Shown piece after piece: positions 40,801 through 49,680 of a stretch of 64,000 nucleotides of DNA. Every line of letters starts with the position of its first letter. Positions within the stretch are counted from its first letter, which is position 1. A program made the translations under genes and the position numbers. Source of the DNA: Trypanosoma brucei (taxonomy: Eukaryota); assembly GCA_000002445.1 (NCBI GenBank), contig CM000208.1, positions 1,312,001 to 1,376,000 on the forward strand. Direction: 5' to 3'. The notes below the pieces were generated by a model, which saw only the letters and a program-made list of their open reading frames with translations, had not been told where the DNA came from and ran no database searches.

Positions 40801-41571
40801 GATGTGGATAGTCTTGTTTTACGCAGCAAGGGTTTCAATGATAATGAAGATCTGCTCGATGTTTGTTTTCGTTGCAAACAGATCGTTCAGCAATTTGCTA
40901 ATGCTGGAGACCGCTGTCCCACTTGTGCCCATCCTTTCGTTCGTTCGTTCGTGACTTTTGTGAATCTTCCGCTGGTAGAGTTTACCTTGTCAAATGAACT
41001 TAGTGATACAGAAGCAGAGCGAATAATTTTGACGGGAGCGGGGCGAAAGAATACAGAGAATAAAACCGACGGGAACAATGGCGAGTACAATGGGTGGAAG
41101 GCAGATACAGGTGCTGATGTCATCACGTTCGCGGAAGAGGAAGACAACATTGATGCCCTGATGGATCACCAGTTGGCAGCGTTGGGTCGAGGTGGAGCTA
41201 TGGGCACCGATCCATTCAGCGCGCAACTAAAATACATTTTACGGCCAGGGCGGACAAACAAAGGCTATCAACCCTTTGTCGTAAATGCCGATATGCTTTG
41301 CAGAATGCGTCGTGATGAGGTGTTCATTGTAAAGGCCGGATTTGGAAAGCTGCCGGTGCAAAACAAGTACTATCGTCTAGTGAACCGGAGTGTAGGAATT
41401 ATTCTATGTCCAGGTTGTCAGCACTTTTTCAAAGATGATGATTACGAGTATGAGTGTATGAAGGGTAACGGTTGCCCACTTTGTCAGTACAGGATGGGAA
41501 AGAAGCCGGAGAAATCAATGACTAAAGTTCTCAATGATGTTCTTGCCTCGATGGAGAAGAAAAAGGAGTAG
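37843..41571 (+). CDS. IFT122: Intraflagellar transport protein 122 (IFT-A subunit), about 1242 aa
   Basis: The track ORF starts at a TTG at 37834; the first ATG is at 37843. N-terminal WD40 repeats ([46 protein letters not shown]), central TPR-like helical region, and C-terminal zinc-finger-like cysteine pairs ([22 protein letters not shown]). Size and architecture match IFT122. Confidence 0.82.
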   Translation: [1242 protein letters not shown]

Positions 41572-42329
41572 TTAACGTGGAATAGCATTGCCGGAAGACG
41601 CGTAGATAGATGACAATGGCAAGGGATCCAATGTGCGGTGTGGGGAATGATAAGTGAGTTGAGGAGAAAAGATGTGGGGGGTAAGTTAGGATGTCTTAAT
41701 GTCGATTTTGGGGTCTGCTGTTAATTTTTTTTTTGAAGATTAAAAGAGCAAAAAAAAATGGATATGGAAAGGACACAAGACAAAGAATGAAAACGGGGAA
41801 TAGTCATAGATGCTCGCAAGTTTTGCTCATTTAGTGGGTGTGCCACACCGTTGATACGGAGTTGTGCGCACCTCACATACACGCATATACACGTGTATAT
41901 GCATCTTTTTGAGAAGGAAACCCCAACATGGGAATGTACTAGTAATATTTCGGTTTATTGTTGAGTGTGCCACTCTATCATTGCTGGAATGAAGAGGAAT
42001 AAACAATGAAGTTTAGGTGGGGCAATTTTTTTTCTTGCTTTTTTTTTCTTTTTAGTCCCACACCTTTCCGTCGGCAGGTCACCGTCTTTTCCTTCACAAT
42101 CTTTTACGCCTCGTTTTTTTTCTTTGCCTCCCTCGTGCCAGGAAAACCAGCGGCAGGAGAACCCATATATGCAAGCTGACGCCGTCTGTCTTTGGTGATG
42201 ATGTGTTACTGAGTCAAAGCACCTTGCCGGATCGCGTACCGGAACTGCTGCAATTCAAAGCTTTTCTCTAGTGTTTTCTGTTTGTTGTCTTTGAGAACTG
42301 CGTTACCCAGGTCAACAAATTACTCATGC

Positions 42330-42420
42330 TTGCTCTCTCTTTTTTTCTTTTCCTTTTTTTTTTAAGGATTTCCTTCCTCTCACTTGAAGTTTCAAGTTCT
42401 TTGTTTCTTTCCTTTAATAA
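42330..42420 (+). promoter_or_regulatory. Polypyrimidine tract upstream of the ATG at 42449
   Basis: ctctctctttttttcttttccttttttttttaaggatttccttcctctcacttgaagtttcaagttctttgtttctttcctttaataagg. Confidence 0.45.
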
Positions 42421-42448
42421 GGGAAAGGGAAGGGAGGGGAAAGGGTAG

Positions 42449-45400
42449 ATGATGCAAAATGGTTTCGTTCTAATCCTTTTCCATCTTTTATTGTCAGTGG
42501 TGCCGCCTGGCAGGGGAGTTGAATGGGAGGGAAGCTCTGATGACCAGAAACACGGTTCACATCATCAATTTTTTAACGTCAGTGAAAATGAACGACTTCT
42601 CTCCAAGTTGAGGTTGCCATTTCGTCTTTCGCTAACGTCTGTGAAGGAAACGACCGATCTTGCACGTGAGGTCGTTTTCCTTCAAAGGGTAGGAGGGATG
42701 TGCCCGCGTTTGGATATGTGGGAAAGGGTAGAGGTTTTGTTCGGAATTGGAACTCCTTTAGAGGAAAAGTATGGCGTGGAGCGACTGGAGTTGGTGCAAG
42801 CACTTCTTGAACCAGCCGTCATCCGTTTCCATGAAGATGATTTGGAGACGGTTAGCGATCCCCTGGGGTTTATTGGTCTGATGGTGCAGGGACAGGGTAC
42901 GGTCATTTGGGTCCACTTCTCCGAGTTGGTGGTATCTCATATGGTCGGGCAACCCCCGAGCCTCAATGTTAATGTGGTTGCTGTATTTCAGCGCGTTGAG
43001 CGATGGGCAAAGAAAACGAGGTTAAACAGACACCGGCTGCAAATGGAGGCGGAGTACGCCAGAGTGCGCAGTGAGCATTTGATAGCCATCGATCATGATC
43101 GACATAAGATGAAAGAGGAGGCGACAGAACGGCGGCGTCGAAAAGAATTCTTACGTGATCTAAGGGAGTTTAATAAACAAAACTCACAAGGTACCGTACA
43201 TCATAATAAAGGGTTGGAGAATGCCGGCTTAAGTGACGACGGAGCAGCGGTTCGAGAGCAGATCGGCACTCGGTGTGAGAATATACGGCATGCCATACGA
43301 ACGGTTAAAAGTCAGGGAGTTCCAACTACAGAAACTCGAATGCAGTACTTGCTAAAGAAGGAAGGAAGGGTTTGCGTCACGCCACTGGAAGAGGAGGATA
43401 GTAACCTGACCGACGCGGATGTGTGTGATATTCGATGTCTTGCCTATTGTGACGGCGTGAGTGCGTTGCACAATTGGTCGGAGCGTAGTGGTTCTTCCAA
43501 TTCCGTCTCTCAACTACATGCCTTGTACCATACCGTACTGTTTAATAGGACGAATTCAAGCATGAGCGTGTCAAATGATTACCTCAGTTACCTGCGGCAG
43601 CTTGTAATGGAAGATGTAGAGCGCGGAGTATTTTCCACTTGCAGCGACATCTGTAGCCCATCACCTAGTTTGCGCAAGGAAATGAACTTCTTCGCCGGGG
43701 TGCTGGCTCTTCTCGATAATGGTGGAATGAGGAATAAGACTGCGCAGAAGGTAAAGTTAGCTCGCGTTGATAGTGAGTGGTGGTTTAGAGCTCGAAGCGG
43801 TTACCTACGCATTTGGGCAGCTGCGCGCTCCGGTTCTGAGAGGGCCCTGAAAGCTCTCGCAACGATGAGGGAGAACGGTATGCTCACACCGCAACAAAGT
43901 CGAATGGCACTGATCTTCTTGCATGTATCTCTCGCCCAAGACAAAAGTTCCATATGGAACATAGCAGCTGAAACCTTGACGGCCCCGCGCGGCTCATCGT
44001 TTTCCATTCCTATGGGAAAACTGCTCAGGACGGAGCGTTTTTTTGGTATGGAGAACAGCTGGAGTGCTGTGAACGAGCCGTACATGACTCGGTCGTATGT
44101 CGGCGCTGTTGGTGTTGAAGCTGACGGCGGGAACGATGATGAGCGAGAGGGCGCATTATATTATGCACCATCACAAAGTGTGCAACGTGATATTTTTATT
44201 GCTAAATTGTATATTGCTGGAATTAAGGGCGTTCAACGAGACATGCAACGCGCTGAGTGTCTTTTACTCACTATCCTACGCAAACTGGAGTACACATGCG
44301 ATGTGGAGCACGCTGCCAGTGAAGATGAGGTTTATTTCTCCGGTGGTGGTCGTGGAGGTGGCTGCGAAGAGCATATGGATCAGCTGAGGGTACTGCGGTA
44401 CAAGTTACCAGCTTTGGGGCGGTGCAGGTTTTCCACGACCGGGAACAACACGGCTTCCGCCTCGAGAACTGAGGCGTTATTGCGATTTGGAGGGATGTCA
44501 TGGTCGGAAGAAAGTTTTCCACTACTTCACGATACTTTGTTGTTGCTTAGCTATATTCATTTGGTGGATGGCTTGAAGTTTAACTTGTCCGCAAAGTATG
44601 CTTTTCAGGCTATTCAGTTAGGTGCGGCAGCATTTCATACGGCGTTGCGGAGCATTCCCGAGGCGGTAGTAGCCGAATTTTATGCGTACAGAAACAACTC
44701 AGAGCGTCTTAAGGTTTTAATGAGAGGAAGAAAACCTCCAGCGTCATCCTTGCTTATGCACGCTATGCGGCGAGGTGAACCTCGGGATGACCTGGAAGAT
44801 TTTACACGGTCGGGGTTTTTAACATCTGAGGCGCTTTTGCTCCTAGCGGTAGCAGCTCCGCAACTGGGCGCTGAAGGCGAACAACTCATGAGAGTTGTTG
44901 CCGAGTCTTTCTACGGTAGCGCTTCCTGTGTCGAGCATCCTAGCCGATCATCGTGCGTCATACAACTCAGTTTCTTTTTGCTGCGTGAAGCCGCAAGGTT
45001 GTGGAAGGATGAGGAGCGTGAACCTAGCGTCTTCGACAGTAGCTACGGGTCTCCTCACCGCGCCGATCCCTTTTTGTTGATGGCTTTGTTGCTGCAGAAG
45101 GGGAAAATAACTGTCGAGGATATACGACAGGGAAGCGTGTTTAATAAGGCGCTCTATGCCCCCAGCACTTCACATGTGTTACGGCCAACCGCAGCCGACA
45201 CACGGGATAGCTACGTCTCGAAGATACTAAAACTGGCGAGACAGACATCCCCGTATATCCTAAAACCGATAGCAAGGGAGAACAGCAAGAACGGGCGAAG
45301 GTTTATGGACAACTCCACAACCTTACGTGAATTCCAAGCCACACGCCTTGCCATACAACGAAGCCTTCACGAGCACGACATCCTGCCTTTGCTAGTTGTC

Positions 45401-46549
45401 AGCGACCTCCATGATTATTTGTATGAAAATGGGTGGACACGTATCCAGCGTTTTCTAGGCAACTTGTGGGACACCATTTGTGCACCCTTCACGAAATTGA
45501 AGGAAGAATACCTTGAGGAGCAGTTCGCCGAAGAGGTGATATCTGAAAAGCAGGGAGGCAATGCTTTGACTACCATTGCCGAGAAACTGGCCGAGTCCAT
45601 ATCTGCATCTAATTCCGTTCGGGAGGGGTCGATTGCATTGCAGTTACTCTCTGCAGCATTGCTATCTGGTGAACCTGATGGGTTTTCGATTCTTCTCACC
45701 GAGGAAATGGACCGTAAGAACCAGCATCTAAGTAGTTTCGCTGTCTTTTTGTCTGAACATCTTTGGTGTCGCGGTACGATCACCGGGGTCTGGGTGGAAG
45801 AACATAAGGCCGCGCAGTGGCACGACAAAAAACCAAAAACTAGAGGATATGGGGCTCTGTTTGACGTTAACACGCAAGCCCCTTTTGACTACACGCTTTC
45901 GGAGTCGCGTCTCGAGATGTTTGCATTACTTGCTTTAAAGCGTGCATTGAGCAGACAGGCATCCACTTCCCATGGTGATGTCATATCTTCGTCGGCAAAT
46001 CGGTCCCTCTCGCAGGAAGAAGTAGACAAGTCTGTCGGTGAGTTGGCGTTGTGCGGTGGCGTGTTGATCGGCACCTTTTTGGAGAAACAGCGACCTTTCC
46101 CACCACATAAACCCTATGAGGGGATGCATCTTCCTGTGGGGAATTCCCGTTGCTTGCGCCAACTGCTGAAACATATCGAGATAACTGGAGTTTCACCCTT
46201 TAAAGGTATTAGTGCAGCTGAGGTGGAAATATGGCTGTTGAATACACTAGTTAGTTTCACTGAACTGCAGTCTAAATATTACACAATCTCCCTGTTGGGG
46301 AGGTACCGCGGTCTCTCGTCAAAGAAGGAAGAATGGGAGGGGAGACGGCTCCGCAAGCGGCTTGTGGAACCGTGGCGGAGAGTCAATGGCGAGGAATGGA
46401 CTGAAATGTGGGTTCCCGACGTTGGCGAAGGGGCGGTGTACAACAGACGGTTGCACGACATTTCCGGGACGTACCTTGGCGCCCGTGTGAAGTGGTTCTT
46501 CAAGAATGTTATTTTCTATGGAAGCCACTTGCTTCGCTGGTTTTGGTAA
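42449..46549 (+). CDS. Large hypothetical protein (1366 aa) with an N-terminal signal-peptide-like segment; no confidently recognised domain
   Basis: ATG-ATG at 42449. N-terminus MMQNGFVLILFHLLLSVVPPGRG (hydrophobic h-region plus a small-residue cleavage context). The rest is predominantly helical and may contain Sel1/TPR-like repeats (for example AKLYIAGIKGVQRDMQRAECLL). Confidence 0.55.
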   Translation: MMQNGFVLILFHLLLSVVPPGRGVEWEGSSDDQKHGSHHQFFNVSENERLLSKLRLPFRLSLTSVKETTDLAREVVFLQRVGGMCPRLDMWERVEVLFGIGTPLEEKYGVERLELVQALLEPAVIRFHEDDLETVSDPLGFIGLMVQGQGTVIWVHFSELVVSHMVGQPPSLNVNVVAVFQRVERWAKKTRLNRHRLQMEAEYARVRSEHLIAIDHDRHKMKEEATERRRRKEFLRDLREFNKQNSQGTVHHNKGLENAGLSDDGAAVREQIGTRCENIRHAIRTVKSQGVPTTETRMQYLLKKEGRVCVTPLEEEDSNLTDADVCDIRCLAYCDGVSALHNWSERSGSSNSVSQLHALYHTVLFNRTNSSMSVSNDYLSYLRQLVMEDVERGVFSTCSDICSPSPSLRKEMNFFAGVLALLDNGGMRNKTAQKVKLARVDSEWWFRARSGYLRIWAAARSGSERALKALATMRENGMLTPQQSRMALIFLHVSLAQDKSSIWNIAAETLTAPRGSSFSIPMGKLLRTERFFGMENSWSAVNEPYMTRSYVGAVGVEADGGNDDEREGALYYAPSQSVQRDIFIAKLYIAGIKGVQRDMQRAECLLLTILRKLEYTCDVEHAASEDEVYFSGGGRGGGCEEHMDQLRVLRYKLPALGRCRFSTTGNNTASASRTEALLRFGGMSWSEESFPLLHDTLLLLSYIHLVDGLKFNLSAKYAFQAIQLGAAAFHTALRSIPEAVVAEFYAYRNNSERLKVLMRGRKPPASSLLMHAMRRGEPRDDLEDFTRSGFLTSEALLLLAVAAPQLGAEGEQLMRVVAESFYGSASCVEHPSRSSCVIQLSFFLLREAARLWKDEEREPSVFDSSYGSPHRADPFLLMALLLQKGKITVEDIRQGSVFNKALYAPSTSHVLRPTAADTRDSYVSKILKLARQTSPYILKPIARENSKNGRRFMDNSTTLREFQATRLAIQRSLHEHDILPLLVVSDLHDYLYENGWTRIQRFLGNLWDTICAPFTKLKEEYLEEQFAEEVISEKQGGNALTTIAEKLAESISASNSVREGSIALQLLSAALLSGEPDGFSILLTEEMDRKNQHLSSFAVFLSEHLWCRGTITGVWVEEHKAAQWHDKKPKTRGYGALFDVNTQAPFDYTLSESRLEMFALLALKRALSRQASTSHGDVISSSANRSLSQEEVDKSVGELALCGGVLIGTFLEKQRPFPPHKPYEGMHLPVGNSRCLRQLLKHIEITGVSPFKGISAAEVEIWLLNTLVSFTELQSKYYTISLLGRYRGLSSKKEEWEGRRLRKRLVEPWRRVNGEEWTEMWVPDVGEGAVYNRRLHDISGTYLGARVKWFFKNVIFYGSHLLRWFW

Positions 46550-47020
46550 GTTTCTAACATTTCTTTTTTCCAAACTTGCTTTATTAAAGATGCTGGGCCT
46601 GGGGATGTGCCGTGTGTTATTTCACGTGATGTCTCAGGGGGTGAGAGCATGGTGCTCTGCAGCAGCTCTTGTCTCCCTCTTTTTTACCCTACCCTCCGTC
46701 TCTTGTTCTGCCTATTTTTTCATTTGGATATATTAGTTTAAGCTACCAGTATTATTCTCCTAATACTTCAATATTATTTACAACAAAACCCCCTTTTGAC
46801 TGCTCGATTGGAGGTGAAGGCCTACCCCTCGAAGGTTTAGGGGGTTTCTAAAGGTTAACTCAAATCGATGTCTTAGTGGACTCGTACACCCTTGGTAGGG
46901 TTTCCACGCACATTCAAAGGTGGTTGCCTACAAACTATTTTATGTTTTATTTGTTTTTTTTTCACTACCGCCGATGTGTGGGAAAGTATCGTTCAGTATT
47001 TTCGTCCTTCTTACTTACCG

Positions 47021-47066
47021 TCCTTCTCGTATCTCCCCCCTCTCCTTTCCTTTTAACCCTCGCTTG
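47021..47066 (+). promoter_or_regulatory. Polypyrimidine tract plus AG dinucleotides immediately upstream of the ATG at 47094
   Basis: tcccccctctcctttccttttaaccctcgcttg followed by ...gtaAGaaacatAGgAGgATG. Confidence 0.5.
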
Positions 47067-47093
47067 ATTAATGTTTGTAAGAAACATAGGAGG

Positions 47094-48818
47094 ATGACAC
47101 CCGGAGCAATGTACTTATCGTCCGTAACGCTAACTCTCTGCATAGTGCTGTTGGCAACAGGGGCACGGCAATCAGCTGCCGCTGCAGCGGCGGTCGGGGA
47201 GACTGTAATATTAGATCAAGGATCCAGCGAGTCCATACGTATTGTGGAAAGTGGTGGTTCAACCACGGACGCTTCTTTTGACTTTGTTGGATTGTGGCCG
47301 CATGGTGAACACCGTGAAAGTGATGCCATGTTCTTTGACGAAGAGGACGCCAAGTATGAGAAATGGATGGTTAAGGAGAGAGAAAAGAAACGGAAGCAGG
47401 AAAAGGAGAAACGAGAGGAAAAGCAGAAGGCAATGAACAAGTCGAAGGATAAGCCCCGAAAGCCACCAAAAGGAGCTTCCACCTTTCAACTCACTCAAGC
47501 TGCTGTGCGAGCCCGGACAACCGAGCGTCGCAGTCGACTGAGAGCACTGAGGAAACCTAACTCTTTATTATTTGATGCTGCATGGAGCGCTGTTCTCGAG
47601 GATTCAGACAATTTACGAAAGTTGCTCTCCGCGGATTCTATTATGCGCTCTCGGGAAGGGGAGGGGAACAACCCTGAATCGCAGTATGTCCAACTCCTCT
47701 CTACGGCATTCAGCCACACGGTGAGAAACTTAACGACCGAGTCGCGCAGTGATTGGATTTCTCCGCTGATATACGCTTTGCCGTTTCCAGTACTTCTGGA
47801 CAACGGGGCATTGGTGTCTGCGGAGCAGGAGGTGCGGGCCCTAATGACGGACTTGCAAGTAATGAAAGCGACACCGGTTCCTCAGCCGTCATCCAATGGC
47901 AGTGAAAAGAAGGTGCCAAGCAGCACAGATGTGGAAGCCACAACGCAGTTGGTTGAAGACAACCTCCGAATTGCTTCCACCACTATATCCGCAAGCAAAA
48001 GCGCTCACCGCGTCGTGGCGCAGCTTGCTCTGCCTATCATGGGGCATGCGAAGAGCAGTGTCTCCGACCAACTCCGTGAAGTTGAGAAGCAAATAAGGGC
48101 AAACGATGAGTCTACAGTCGCTAAGCGCCGGGAGCTGAAGGACTTAGCGAAACTGAAGAAGGTGGTGAAGGCCACCAAGGACCGCATTCACGCCGCTGAC
48201 GGTGAGTTGCGAAACGCCTACTTCTCTACCACGCCGATGCTGTCGAAGAGTTCCTTTCTAATTTCCCTGGCTCTAATTTGCCGGTTACGTCTTTCAAGAA
48301 ACACGTACGTCGATGCTGTCGATATGCTTCCGGGCATAGACGCTTTTGCTGATTTTACTGGGTCGATGAGGGCCGAGCTGTATTCTTTTCTCTTTTATCC
48401 ACTAGGAGTGGGCGTTGCCGTATCAGCGGCTACAACGTGGTGCTTGTTGTCAACACGTCAGCTGATAACGAAGAAACTCAAACGGCAAGCCGGGCGTCTG
48501 CTACAACAAACTTCAACCAGTGGAGGTAGACCCGGTAAAGTTTCAGGTATAACGATGTTTGCACTGCGAGCGAATCTGCTGTTGGAGGCACTGTCCCCTC
48601 TGTTTGTACCACTAGTTACCTTCTATATCATCAACAGAACGTTAACTAAAGATTTGTTGTATCCGATTGTAATCACTGTGAAGCCGGCCCAGAGGCTAGT
48701 TTTGGGTTTCGTGGTGATAAGTGTTCTTGTGGCGAGTGTAATCGTGTCACGTGTGCTCACGGCCGTAGACAGGTGGTCCTTGAACCGACACAATGCCAAT
48801 AAGAGAAAAGTGCAGTAG
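47094..48818 (+). CDS. Hypothetical secretory/membrane protein (about 574 aa): signal peptide, K/E/R-rich charged segment, C-terminal hydrophobic helices
   Basis: The track ORF starts at a GTG at 46920. The first ATG in a good context is at 47094 and gives MTPGAMYLSSVTLTLCIVLLATGARQSAAAAAA, a classical signal peptide. Charged stretch EKWMVKEREKKRKQEKEKREEKQKAMNKSKDKPRKPPK. C-terminal hydrophobic segments (LYSFLFYPLGVGVAVSAATTWCLL; LVLGFVVISVLVASVIVSRVL). Confidence 0.5.
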   Translation: MTPGAMYLSSVTLTLCIVLLATGARQSAAAAAAVGETVILDQGSSESIRIVESGGSTTDASFDFVGLWPHGEHRESDAMFFDEEDAKYEKWMVKEREKKRKQEKEKREEKQKAMNKSKDKPRKPPKGASTFQLTQAAVRARTTERRSRLRALRKPNSLLFDAAWSAVLEDSDNLRKLLSADSIMRSREGEGNNPESQYVQLLSTAFSHTVRNLTTESRSDWISPLIYALPFPVLLDNGALVSAEQEVRALMTDLQVMKATPVPQPSSNGSEKKVPSSTDVEATTQLVEDNLRIASTTISASKSAHRVVAQLALPIMGHAKSSVSDQLREVEKQIRANDESTVAKRRELKDLAKLKKVVKATKDRIHAADGELRNAYFSTTPMLSKSSFLISLALICRLRLSRNTYVDAVDMLPGIDAFADFTGSMRAELYSFLFYPLGVGVAVSAATTWCLLSTRQLITKKLKRQAGRLLQQTSTSGGRPGKVSGITMFALRANLLLEALSPLFVPLVTFYIINRTLTKDLLYPIVITVKPAQRLVLGFVVISVLVASVIVSRVLTAVDRWSLNRHNANKRKVQ

Positions 48819-49440
48819 ATTTACACGGGGTGATTTAAAGGGGGATTTACTTGTGATGTGTACTTTGCGTGACTGAGAAGCGACTTGAATTCCTGTCACT
48901 GTATTCATTAAGTATTAATTTTTCTTTTTGATCTATTGGCGTTTGCACTGCCGCCCCTGTCGTCTCCGTCCAATTGACATTTCCCCAAAGGGCGTGTGAA
49001 ACGCGGGTCGGAAGCGGAGGGTTCCCCTAATATCGCTTTACTTTTTTTTTGTTTAATGGATCTATGTGTGCTAGGGGAGAGACATCCAATAAGCAGAGTG
49101 GGGAAAGGGGGGGTTAACCCTCTCCTTGGGGAGGTATAATGGAGTTGTTTATCACGTTCTCTTTGTACGTGGCTTGGGATTCTTATGGTGCGACGGTTTA
49201 CATTCGACAACTTACCATTGCTATTTTCACGTCCCCCTTCCTTTCTTTTTCTCGTTTCCCGCAAGAATTGTAAAAATTTCCTCACGCATGAGATTGCCAA
49301 ATGTAAGTTATTGCGAATGTGCTCCCCACAACGGGCCCCTTCGGGGTGCACAAGCAGAATGTTTTGCACTATCAAATAGCTTTGCGGTAGAGAACCTAAG
49401 CAACCTCTTCAGGAAAGGGTTTCATTTGGTGATAATTTGG

Positions 49441-49530
49441 CTTGGATGTCCCCGCGTCTCTCAATTTTTTTTTGTTGTTCTATCTTACTGTTTTTCCTTT
49501 TCTTTTCTTTCTTTGTTTCGTTTTACCGAC
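49441..49530 (+). promoter_or_regulatory. Long polypyrimidine tract upstream of the ATG at 49681
   Basis: ccccgcgtctctcaatttttttttgttgttctatcttactgtttttccttttcttttctttctttgtttcgttttaccgac. Confidence 0.45.
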
Positions 49531-49680
49531 ACTAAAGGCGTCACTCTCCCTGCTTATTAGGAGAAATAGGGAGAGGGCGGAGGAGAATACTTCTTCGTTT
49601 TCGCTGGCGTGAGGCTAACCGACTTGTTTTGTCCCCTCGTTTGGCCGAAGGATAGGTTACCTGTAGTTTGGTGCGACTTT

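Noticed and set aside
46920-47093. N-terminal 58 codons of the 632-aa track ORF
   Set aside because: The ORF begins at a GTG and this stretch is the polypyrimidine tract itself (translating as FYVLFVFFSLPP). The real start is the ATG at 47094, which gives a proper signal peptide.
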